From Minutocellus sp. GHC0000111 (Eukaryota), in the NCBI GenBank assembly GCA_977018835.1, contig OZ361261.1:1736001-1800000 (forward strand): 64,000 nucleotides of DNA. The letters are read 5' to 3'. The translations under genes and the position numbers were made by a program. A model generated the notes under the pieces. The model was not told the DNA's origin and ran no database searches. It worked only from the letters and a program-made list of their open reading frames with translations. Of the stretch, positions 1-10,190 are shown piece after piece (the first letter of the stretch is position 1; the number at the start of each line of letters is the position of its first letter).

Positions 1-1076
1 TCTCTTCGTCGGAGACAGGCTGGCTGGCCGTTGATACTCGATAAATCAGGCAACCGATAAATGATATACAATCGATGCATCCGCATCTGCTCTCTGTTGG
101 CCGCATCGATCGCCGCATCCAGCTTGGACTTGAGCTTCGGGTCGATATTTGTCGGCAGCTTTGCATCCCGTAGAGGACTTTCACCACCCCTTTTATTCCC
201 GGGAGAGCACGGATTATTCCTCAAACTCAAATGTTGTAGCCTGGGAAACAACTGCACGACAATGTCCAAGAAGGCAGGAAGATCGTTGTTGCCATCAACC
301 CCGTCTCCTACTAGATTCCCATCGTATCTCAAATCTCTCACGGATTGTGCCGTCTTGCGGGGAACGCCAAATTTCAATGCCTGCGCAGACAGGGATCGGT
401 TGGACAGGTCCAACACCTCCAACGATTGTTTGTGCGAACCGGCCAGCTCCGACATGGCCTTCCACCGATCTCGGGGGTTACGGTTGACCAGTCTGGCATC
501 CTGGGCACTGGGGTTGGGCGTCGGCGGTACATCGATCAGGGGTGAGTGGACAATAATGCGGGGATTGCCACCGCCTCGTTTCGGAGTGGAATATTGCGGT
601 CTCCGTCTGTTATCAGTGCTGGGACCGGTTATTCTACCATTCGTACTCGTGCTGCCGCCATGCTTGGAAGCTTTGGGCGTGGAATGCGCCGTCGTTGGGT
701 CTCGATTCGTTGCCTTTTGCGTCGGATATGTGTGCTGCTGTCTCTGACGAAGTGACTCCGCCGCCAACGTCGTATTTTTGCTATTGTGGTTGCTGTTGCC
801 GCCGATCATATCTTGGTCCTTGGTGCCAATTGTGTCATTCGAACCTGCTTCTGTTCCTATTTGTGCTGGTGGCGTGGAAGGGCTCGATGGTTTGTGCTGG
901 GGTCCTTGGGATGTTGCTGGTCGATCAGCTCCCTCACTTGACGATTCTCCGGGGGCAGTTGCAATGCCGGCCGTGGGAGCATTGGCGCCACCTATCGCCG
1001 ATGAGACCGACGACGACGTGGAGTTGGACCGTTTCCGGCCTGCACCTGCACCGCTTGGGTGCGTTTTGGCAAACAT
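1..1076 (-). CDS. Leucine-rich-repeat protein with LRR-cap; 5' part only, runs off the left edge, apparent frameshift near 18-27
   Basis: Absent from the ORF track; I translated it by hand. ATG at 1076 (MFAKTHPSG...) stays open to the window edge. It contains LEVLDLSNRSL, FPRLQHLSLRNNP and the LRRcap-like HRLYIIYRLPDLSSINGQP. Confidence 0.75.
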   Translation of the reverse strand, partial: MFAKTHPSGAGAGRKRSNSTSSSVSSAIGGANAPTAGIATAPGESSSEGADRPATSQGPQHKPSSPSTPPAQIGTEAGSNDTIGTKDQDMIGGNSNHNSKNTTLAAESLRQRQQHTYPTQKATNRDPTTAHSTPKASKHGGSTSTNGRITGPSTDNRRRPQYSTPKRGGGNPRIIVHSPLIDVPPTPNPSAQDARLVNRNPRDRWKAMSELAGSHKQSLEVLDLSNRSLSAQALKFGVPRKTAQSVRDLRYDGNLVGDGVDGNNDLPAFLDIVVQLFPRLQHLSLRNNPCSPGNKRGGESPLRDAKLPTNIDPKLKSKLDAAIDAANREQMRMHRLYIIYRLPDLSSINGQPACLRRR

Positions 1077-1544
1077 TTTATTAATTCTCAGCAAACAGGA
1101 CTGGCTTCTGACTCGATGATACGACTCCGATGCTTCAACTTTTTTGGCACAAAATTTCTTCTGTTCGAGATCCCTGTAGTTCACAGACAAGATATGCACA
1201 TTCTGTAATAATTAACGATTGGGTGACTCTCTTGTTAGATATCAAGGCCCGGGGTAAGCACCTTCTTCGCCCGGCTTCGACCTCTCGATCTCAAGCAATG
1301 GGCTAGCGAGCAAGGAGGCAAGCGGCGACGCGAGGCGTCGGGCGTTGGGTCGACGTCATGATTACGAAATGGAAACGATGGACAGATGAGACTCACGGAG
1401 ACGAAATCGAGAAGCGACGAGAGCGACGGCGAGAAGCGGCCCAAGCGGCAACAAATATGCCCAAGCATTGTGGATGGTTGATACGACAGAGCAACCGAGG
1501 AATAGATGTTATGAGACGAGATCAAGTGACTTGATTGTAGAAGA

Positions 1545-3445
1545 ATGAGGCATTCTCTCCTCTTCGCCTTGCCATTCGTCGGTGCATCCATCAGCATAAT
1601 TCTGATTTGGCACTCCACAACCATACTTCGATGGGAACAAATCAAGGTGGAGCTCATCCTCCCCATTCCTCAGCTTGGTGGCGATGGCTCGTCCCGTGCA
1701 CTTTGGAGGCGTTCGCGGCCGCCGTTTGATTTGTCCATTTCGGTGGGACCGGATGTTCACGCGGAGCTACCGCGGGGGTCGTGCTGTATCGGCTCGGGGA
1801 CTTGGCCAAAGCCAGCACGAAGAACATGCCATCCACCCCAGCAAGGCGAGCGATCGAGGTTCGCCTTTTGCCCAGCACAAACTCTTCAGCTGTACGTTTC
1901 GACATTCTGTTCAGCGACTACAGTGGAGCATTTGATCGAAATATCCCAAGGCGGCAAGGTATGCAGAGTTTCTACGTCCCGTGGGAAGATTCCCAGGCAT
2001 GGCCACTCTTTCTGGTTCTCTACAATTGTGGAAGTGGTGCAGAAGTTCGATATGTTGAAATGGGCGCATCCGGCGACATGGGAAAAATGTGGAAGGAAGG
2101 TGCTGTTGTAAACATACAAGAGGAGAGAAAATATCCACGGAGAGATTTGTACTTTCGCAGACGTACCGGCAGTGGAGGCAAGGTCACATTATGTACGCAA
2201 CTGACTCCGGAGCGGTTACATCAGCTTCAGCACATTGCGAAACACTGGGGAGGCCCGGTATCGGCTGCCATCTATGTCGGCCATCGCAACTCGTCACAAG
2301 GAGATGAAACTACAGCTATCTCGAACTTTTGGGATACTGCTGCAGACGACATAAAATCATTTCTCGATATCCACCTTGTATACGATGACAAACGACCTTG
2401 GTTCTCCACCAGTGCCGGGGGGCAGCAGAATCCATATCCAATCAATCTACTTCGTCAGATCGCCCTTGATGCTGCTCAGACGAAATGGGTGGTGGTGCTC
2501 GAGGCGGACATGGTGCCCGTCCCAAATGCACAAAAAATGGTCGAAAGGTCTTGGGGGGAGATGATGGAGACTTACAATAGGGAACCGAATGGAGCAGCCT
2601 TTGTGGTTCCCTTTTATATTTCCAGGGTTCAATTAGATAATGGGAGGGCGATAGAACGATTTCCCAGCAACAAGAAGGCGCTTAAAGAAAATTTAGCGAG
2701 CGTAGAAGAAACTCTTGGCGGAAAAAGAGAATCGAAACCAGGTGGTGGTGGTGCCAAAGGAAGCCTGAAACAAAAAATAAGAGAGATCTCTCAAGCTAGG
2801 AGAGGCAAGTATTTTCGTGCGGGTGACATGTACACAAACCATAGACTCGTTGACTATGAAACTTGGGAGTCTCTCCCTGATGATGGCGCCGACTTCATAA
2901 AAATGCATTCATTTGGCGAAAGAGAAGACCTTTGTGACCCACCATCAAGAATGAGTGAACAAGAACCTTACGTTCAAATTAACAAGGCAGACCTGCCCCC
3001 TCAACATGTTTTATTCTCGGGGATGCAATGGGATAAGGTGGCTTCTGTTACCGACATGTGCAATTGCGGCCTATCGTTCTTTCTGCATCCGTTTCTCTTT
3101 GCCATGATGTTTAACGAACCGAGGACAAGCATCGGACAGGGCCAGTGGGCTTCTGAATCATTGCCAAATTGGCGGCAGCTTTTCGTCTTTGCTCTGATGC
3201 CAATCTATGCCCAGGAGGTACAGAAGGTACGCTTGCAGCACATGGCAGTATCACATTCCGAGGTAGCTGGCAGTGGCAAAGCTACTTGTGGTAGGCTGGC
3301 AGAAATCAAAGACGGTGAGCCGATGCATTACCCTCCCTGGGCTCCGCGATGGGTTGCAAATAATCGCGGTGGAACCTTACGCCTGAAGAAAACGACTTAT
3401 GGTTCACCCCCAGGGATAAATTTGACTGACATGATGGATTGGTGA
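1545..3445 (+). CDS. Glycosyltransferase family 49 (B4GAT1/LARGE-like), type II membrane protein; apparent frameshift at G-run 1774-1778
   Basis: GT49 motifs VTLCTQLTPERL..WGGPVSAAIYV and YPINLLRQIA..WVVVLEADMVP lie in ORF 1781-3445. The upstream ATG at 1545 gives a hydrophobic anchor and joins in frame if the G5 run is G6. Confidence 0.75.
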
Positions 3446-3669
3446 ACGTTACGTGGGTGGTGTTTGGGACGGATGTATTTTTGATAATTCTATTTCTCGT
3501 CTATGCAGACCACTAGACTAGCCGGTAGTAGGTCTGCCAATGATGATGAGAGCGTACCTAGACATTAATATGTATATATGCATGACAATTTGAAAAACGT
3601 TTATGTAGATTACGAGCCATAAAACAGCCAGCCTGAAATTCATGCAGCCACTTTATTAATTGTGTTTCA

Positions 3670-4923
3670 CTAGCCAGTACTCGACGTTTGTCCATTCGCA
3701 TTCTTCTTGGCCTCTTCTGCCGCCCTGGCCTCCTCCTCTTCCTGCTGCCGCACGTCCTCATCAGCCTGGTCAAAATCATCCCAATGACCATCCACTCTCT
3801 CGTTGGGATCATACAGATAATCGAACGTCTCTGGTTCCCGGTACTGATCCTCGGCAGCCCCGCTCTTCCACCCCCCGTCATCGATCTCGGCCGCCCGCGC
3901 CGCCGCCTCGATGACCTCGTTGGAATCGGCCATGGACATGGCAGCCTTGAGCTCCTCGATGGTCGGTGGAGCCTCCTCGTCGTCCTTGAGCTCGTACAGA
4001 AATATCGGCAACCCCAGCACCACCTCGGACCACTTGGCGTGCCACCCCTTCATCTCGTATCCGCATGTCACGACTCGTATGCCCTTGGATCCGCAGTGCT
4101 CCTCCAGCAACGGTTGGATCTTCTGCAGCGCCTCCTCGACGAAGTAGCAGGTAATTACAGTGTCGGCATCAGACCCCATCTGCTTCCAAAGTTCCGGCGC
4201 CTCCAACAGATCGGCCGTCACAAAGTCCACGTTGGCAGGCCGAGGATGGCGCCTGCTCAACCGTTCCTCCGCCCGTCGGATGAGGTTGGGATCAATGTCA
4301 ATGCCGGTGGTATGCCGGACGGCGTACGTGTCGAGCGCGTGGAAGTTCAGTCGACCGTCGCCGCAGCCCAGATCGTAGTGGCGGGTGGTGGAGCCGGCCT
4401 TGGCCACGTCGAGCATGCGGCGGGCCACGACGTCGGGACAGGGCACCCACGGGCTGAGGCTGGCCATGCGGGGGTATTCGTCCATGGGCATTCCCGGATC
4501 GAACGGTTCGTTTGGCTCGGGCGCGCTAGTGCTGACGCTGTGGGTGGTCTGGGTGTTGGGTCGTATGGAGGCATTTTGGAGCAGATCGGACGATTGGACG
4601 CGGATTCGCTCTTCGTCGGTTAGGTTGGAGGGCGCCGAGGGTTGTTGGGGTGATCCGCGAGCCTGCTCGTGGTCGGATGATGGTTGCTGCTGCTGTTCGG
4701 AGGCAAGGGGTGACGATGGATTGAAGCGAGAGGATGCGCGGTTGGAGCCGCGCTGCCTTCGGCGGGTGGCGAAGGAGCGATATTGCTGCTGCCGATTTGA
4801 ATTATTTTGGGCAGCAGAAGGTTCGTCTGATGAAGTACGCGATATGCTGGTGGTGATTGTTCGGCGGTGGGAGCGTATCCCACGGCTTACAGCGGCGGCG
4901 GCTGGTACGAAACGCAGCATCAT
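3670..4923 (-). CDS. Class I SAM-dependent methyltransferase (FAM173/ANTKMT-like), probable mitochondrial presequence
   Basis: PWVPCPDVVARRML, motif I YDLGCGDGRL and GIDID. The R/S/A-rich N-terminus starts at ATG 4923. Confidence 0.8.
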   Translation of the reverse strand: MMLRFVPAAAAVSRGIRSHRRTITTSISRTSSDEPSAAQNNSNRQQQYRSFATRRRQRGSNRASSRFNPSSPLASEQQQQPSSDHEQARGSPQQPSAPSNLTDEERIRVQSSDLLQNASIRPNTQTTHSVSTSAPEPNEPFDPGMPMDEYPRMASLSPWVPCPDVVARRMLDVAKAGSTTRHYDLGCGDGRLNFHALDTYAVRHTTGIDIDPNLIRRAEERLSRRHPRPANVDFVTADLLEAPELWKQMGSDADTVITCYFVEEALQKIQPLLEEHCGSKGIRVVTCGYEMKGWHAKWSEVVLGLPIFLYELKDDEEAPPTIEELKAAMSMADSNEVIEAAARAAEIDDGGWKSGAAEDQYREPETFDYLYDPNERVDGHWDDFDQADEDVRQQEEEEARAAEEAKKNANGQTSSTG

Positions 4924-5383
4924 CGTCGCCGTCAAAAAAATGAGCACATCTTGCATGCAATCGAAGGGGCGGACGAGGGACAGACATTCAATTAATTGAC
5001 GGACAATCAATGTCCTCAATTCGTTTTAAAAGTACATGAAACCTCACTTTGTGGCCGCATGAGTGTCGTGTCTACTTCTTTCTCTTCTTTTGACCCGATG
5101 CAATCAAATTCAATGCAATTGATGCATCAATATTGACCCATCTATCTCCAACCCCATCACAACAATCATTTCCCATAACAAATTGCACCAATGGAAAACA
5201 CACAATAATAATACAGGCCGCTTCAAAGATCGTATTCACCATCCCCATCCTCCTGGCGGTCCCACCTGCCAACACTTACCCCTCCTGACAGCGGCTAATA
5301 CCCCCACAGCCAACAATAGTACAATAATTCAACCATCACTTCAAATCTCATCGCATCACATTGCCAATCACCACACAATCAAA

Positions 5384-6985
5384 ATGAGCGCCAACAACAA
5401 AGACGATGGAAGAGAGGAGGAGCTCCTTCGCTGCAGCGTCAATTCCGACTACATCTACGAGCCCACCGGCCCGACCGATGGGGGTGAGAATCCCGAACTC
5501 AGCATCATTGACGCGGTCATCCCCGAGCATGCCCCGGCCGTCGAGGAGCCCCATCCCGAGTTGGACGGTGGACTGAGCAACCCCCCTACCGACTACAACG
5601 CCGACTACCAGCCTCAGCAGGCACCGGTCGATTCCGATGCGTCCGGTGGATCATCCGACTCGGTATCGCACGATCCCAGCAGCAGTGGAGCCTTGGATGA
5701 CGATGAACATTCGGGGGAGATTCGAGAGTACACCGGCGTGTTCGAGGGTCCCGAGAAGACTTTGGAGGTGGTCTTCCGACGCGTCACGGATACCGAGGAA
5801 GAGCAGCCCCAGCTGGCGCAGCAGGCCATCGCTCAGGCGGTCGGTCCGGGCCAGGAGATCCAGCGCATCGGCCTCCGTCGTCTCGCCAGAGCCGATCTGG
5901 ACCGCATCTGCGCCCGGGCTCGGTGCACCATTCTGTCGTGCGTGAGCAACCAGTATCTCGATGCCTACGTCCTGTCGGAGAGCTCGCTGTTCGTCTATCC
6001 CTACATGCTGGTCCTCAAGACGTGCGGTACGACCACCCTCCTCCGTTGTCTGGCCGTCCTCATTGAGCTTTGCCGTCGACTTGGTCTGGAGTTGGATTGG
6101 GTGGGATACAGCCGCAAGAATTTCAACTTCCCTGGCGATCAGGCCTTTCCCCACCAGTCCTTCCATCAGGAACTGGATTACCTGTACAGCCACCGCAATC
6201 TCTGTGAGCGTCTGGATGGCAATGGATACACTCTCGGACCCGTCACCGATGACCACTGGTTCGTCTTCGTGGCCGATCAGACCATCCGCAGCCGTAACAA
6301 TGACACTCTCGATACTGACCGCGTTCTCAACATTATGATGTTTGACATTGATGAGTCTGTGGCCGAGATCTTCTACTACGATGCCTACGAGAAGAAGGCC
6401 CGGCCAGATGAAACCGAGGACGAGGCCGTGAAGCGCATTTCCGTGGCCCAGACCAAGGCGGCGGGCATCGACGCCTTGTGCCCCGGCAGCATCATCGACC
6501 CCCGTGCCTTTGAACCCTGCGGATACAGTATGAATGCCATCCTGTTCCGGTCCTACTGCACCATGCACATCACTCCCGAGAGCGGATCGTCCTACGCCAG
6601 TTTCGAGACCAACCAAAAGGTTAGCTCGTACACCTCCCTCATAAACAACGTCGTTCGAGCCTTTAAGCCCCGCCGTTTTGTCCTTACTCTTATGGCAGAC
6701 GAGGCTGGCTTGGCCCAGATGCGGGACAATCCGCTTGCTGGATCTGCCGCGGCTGCCAAGATTGCCGTCCCAACCGCCCCCGTCCCATCGGGTGGGAGGG
6801 ACAGGCCACCAATGTCGCCGGATGCGGATGCCTCGCCGGCCAAGAAGATGGTGTACAAGCGCACCAACCTGGCTTCTATTCATGTGGAAGATGACCAGGC
6901 CTGCATGATGGGCAACTGGGTACTTCATGAGGAGGAAGAATCGGGCGTCCCTGAGCCCCGACTCCGTGGCATGTCCGTGAGCTGA
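5384..6985 (+). CDS. AMD1: S-adenosylmethionine decarboxylase proenzyme (eukaryotic type)
   Basis: FEGPEKTLEV, the autocleavage site YVLSE/SSLFV, LKTCGTT, PCGYSMN and HITPE. ATG 5384 is in an AAAATG context. Confidence 0.95.
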   Translation: MSANNKDDGREEELLRCSVNSDYIYEPTGPTDGGENPELSIIDAVIPEHAPAVEEPHPELDGGLSNPPTDYNADYQPQQAPVDSDASGGSSDSVSHDPSSSGALDDDEHSGEIREYTGVFEGPEKTLEVVFRRVTDTEEEQPQLAQQAIAQAVGPGQEIQRIGLRRLARADLDRICARARCTILSCVSNQYLDAYVLSESSLFVYPYMLVLKTCGTTTLLRCLAVLIELCRRLGLELDWVGYSRKNFNFPGDQAFPHQSFHQELDYLYSHRNLCERLDGNGYTLGPVTDDHWFVFVADQTIRSRNNDTLDTDRVLNIMMFDIDESVAEIFYYDAYEKKARPDETEDEAVKRISVAQTKAAGIDALCPGSIIDPRAFEPCGYSMNAILFRSYCTMHITPESGSSYASFETNQKVSSYTSLINNVVRAFKPRRFVLTLMADEAGLAQMRDNPLAGSAAAAKIAVPTAPVPSGGRDRPPMSPDADASPAKKMVYKRTNLASIHVEDDQACMMGNWVLHEEEESGVPEPRLRGMSVS

Positions 6986-7287
6986 GAGCCTGAGGAGCCC
7001 AATGGTGCGGTCGGTAGTTGTCATACTGTCTAGAACTGCTGTAGGATTCCTACCGGTACATGTATGCAGAGTCTCTAGATCGGCAAGGGAGCCTATGTAG
7101 GAATCCTACCTATTACATATTGTAGAGAAAGCATTATACATATCAAAAGCATCTATCTATGAAAAGCACAATCGCAAATAGACTGTTTCGTAAAAAAGGC
7201 ATTTTCGACCATACAGCGCCTGTTTCATTTTTTTTTTAACATATTTTGTGATTTATGTATTCATTAGGGCACTGATTCCGATGCGAT

Positions 7288-8393
7288 CTATACTATGTCT
7301 CCTGGCCCGTTGGGTTCGTTGGATAATTCCTCCATCGCCGTTGTAAAGAGAGTTTTGCTTGTGTTGTGCTTTCCGTCAATGAGCTTTTCTTCCAACACAT
7401 GGCATTGAGCTCGGTGCACCTTGAACGAAACCAAAAGACAAAAAGTGGCCACAAATAATGGTACAAAGACGATGACCGCATCGCCAGGATAACTAAATGC
7501 CCAGGCACAGAAACCAACCCCAAGCAGTATAAGGAACATCAACAGCACCATGTCTTCCAGCGCCACCGAGGAGGAATATTGTACTTCTTCAAAGATCATA
7601 CCAGATCTTGGCTTCCCCTCCAAGCACACGAGCTTTACCAAGTCGCCGGGCGTCGTATTCATAAATCTCTTCTTGCTGACATTTTCCAGCTTTTTAATGG
7701 TGAATTCGGTGCCGTGCCCTGCTGGTGAAATATCGGCCGCCGCCGCCGTGGCGCCCATTGGTGCGAGAACGCAAGAAAATCCGCATCTGAAGCTCGAAAC
7801 TCCCAGATATTTTTAGATTCCTTCTTAATCACAGTGCCAGTGCATGTGCATGCGGGCCTAGCTTCCGACGCAGCGTTAAGGGTGCATTTCAATAATTTCC
7901 GCGATATGCGTGAGAACAGACGCCTTCGCAGAGCAGCGCGGGTGAAGTAGTATGTCCCTGCCGATATGATGAGGCAGCCTAATATCAGGATAGGAACGGG
8001 GGTGCCGTCTGTGTACGGATTCGGGGCATTTTTGCTATTTGCATTACCGTTGGATGTTCCGAAGAAATCTTTGCCCGGTGCATTGTTATTGGAGATGTTT
8101 GTGCTTTTGTCCTTGTGTTTGTGGTGGTGAGGTGTCGTTGTGCTTGTGTCGAGCCACTCGGTGACGTTGGTGGAATTTGCATTGACATCTTGGCTAGTGC
8201 CGTATTTGCAAAAGAAACCGATGCACTTGCTATCAGGCTCCGAAACTTCCATTCGTCGCCAACGAAGCTTTTGTTCATGCGCATATGTGTCATCTTTCTC
8301 ATCTTTCTCGCTTTCCAAGTGCGACCCGGCCGCATTCTCTACTAAAGTGTATCTTGTATGTGATGCAATAATACCATCGTTTGACAATGCCAT
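7288..8393 (-). CDS. Hypothetical membrane protein (about 3 TM segments), split by an apparent frameshift at 7810-7814
   Basis: ORFs 7659-8393 and 7288-7758 overlap on the same strand. Adding one A to the A5 run fuses them (KKESK-K-YLGVSSF...). Both halves have hydrophobic segments. Confidence 0.55.
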
Positions 8394-8733
8394 ATCGTCG
8401 TGGGGGGTGGATTATTACTAAGCGCTATCTTTTGTTGGTAATTCTATCAACTAACTGGTCGTGCAAGGGTTCTCCCAGGTGATGAAGTTGTTTGATGATT
8501 GCTCATTGGATGATTCATTCTGGCGGGTCTGCCGCCTACGCACGCGCGCAAGGATCGGGCGGGAACAGTGTGTGTTGTTTCTTTCGTTATGATGCGTCGC
8601 TGACGCAATGCCGCGTCATTGCCACTTGAAGTTGAGAATTGCCCGCACAGGCATCTTATTTGTTTTGTGGCGAGTCATTTTCACCAGCCACACATATCCC
8701 GCTTTTTGCCTCGCGGTCGCCTGAGAAACTGCA

Positions 8734-10092
8734 ATGAGAGCAATCCATTGCCACTCTGCCTTCCGGTCAGCTCTCAAACCCCTCACCATCTCGCAGACAA
8801 GCCCTTCCGCCGTTGACACCTTGGCCATCATGCAATCCGGCGCTCGAGACAACGCCGTGTCTTCCATTAGTATGCGTTCGCTGCCCCCCACGACCGCCGC
8901 TGCCGCTGCCGCCGCCACCACGGCTTCGTCGAAACCAGCCGTCTATGCCAAAATGACCCACTCCTCCTCACAAACTTTGTGCGACGTGCCCACCACCTTC
9001 TCTGCTCCGGTCAAGAAAGGAACGGTTCGGTTCAACTCCTCTATACGCATCCGTCCCATCCCGAGTCTTTCGTTCATGTCCGACGAAGAGAAGAGGGAGA
9101 TTTGGTATTATGTAAGTACGCCGCAGTTGGCTCGGTGGTTAGGCCGGCCGAAACCGTGTAGGCTTTAAATGTCTTGTGTACTTTGCAATGAAAATAATAC
9201 AGCACAACTAACAAACTCCATATCTTCAAACTTTCCCTTTCGTCAACTTGGCTCATTCCCCATCGAGCAGGAGGACGAAATATCTGGCTTCAAGGAGACC
9301 ATCCGCCTAGATGTGCGGCACATGCGTCAGCAGATACGCCAGACCGAGCTGGCTCCGGAGCACATAAATGACACCAACGACCGGTGCTGCCGGGGCATCG
9401 AGCACTTTGCGACGCGAGATTCGCTTATGCGTCAGGAGACGGCCAAGACGGCACTGATCGAGTCCGTCCTTCGAGAGCAGGCGCATCTGTCAGCCACGAT
9501 GCCGTCCGTTGATACATGTGATGGAGATTCTTCAAAACCATCTACCGTCAGGACCGACGCCATCGCTCAGGCCGTATGTGACGTTTCGACGAGGATGTCC
9601 CTTGAGGCTCGGTCCAGAGCCGCGACGTTTGGTGCATCCGACCGAGCATTTATCGCCGCGGAGGAGGCGGGCCTTCGTGCACTGCTGGCCTCGCACAATT
9701 TGGCCAGCCCCACTGCCCAAACGGTCATGTACCATGCACCGACAAGAGGGTATGCCCGTTCCGCCTCTTCGATTCAGCCAACGATTACTGCCGGCACAGT
9801 GGAGCGTTCATTGCCATCGTCCTGTCTAAAGCGCTCGGCGTGCTCGGTCCCGAACATGATGAATTATGCCAGTCCTGGCCCGTCGACATCCTCGGCCATG
9901 TTCCAAGCCTACGAGCAGGTTGCCACACACCGCCGGAGAAGGCTGAGCCTTTTGCGAGAGAGTCTATTGGCGAGCATGAACATTTCAGATAGCAACATAA
10001 CGCAGGATTTGCAGAATCATCATCATCAACAACAAAAAAAACAAAAAACATCGACCATGAGTGGGCGCCGGTATCTTGCATTTTGTACATAA
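8734..10092 (+). CDS. Hypothetical protein of the diatom-type 'V.F...I.....S.EE....WY' family; 2 exons, intron ~9112-9270; start uncertain (8734 or 8830)
   Basis: KKGTVRFNSSIRIRPIPSLSFMSDEEKREIWYY is followed by GTAAGT...CAG and continues in frame (EDEISGFK...CCRGIEHF). Confidence 0.7.
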
Positions 10093-10190
10093 CACTTTTT
10101 GTATTCAACCTCTCGAATGAGGCACACATAACGCATAACAATATGATTTTTTATCACATGTTAGTTCTCCTTCAACTAAGTTACACCGGT

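Noticed and set aside
5651..7024. 457-aa antisense ORF over AMD1, and similar shadow ORFs at 61-747, 3688-4623, 14588-15700, 37337-38362, 47906-48829 and 52114-52767
   Set aside because: They lie opposite well-supported genes, have no motifs, and are explained by GC-rich codon bias.
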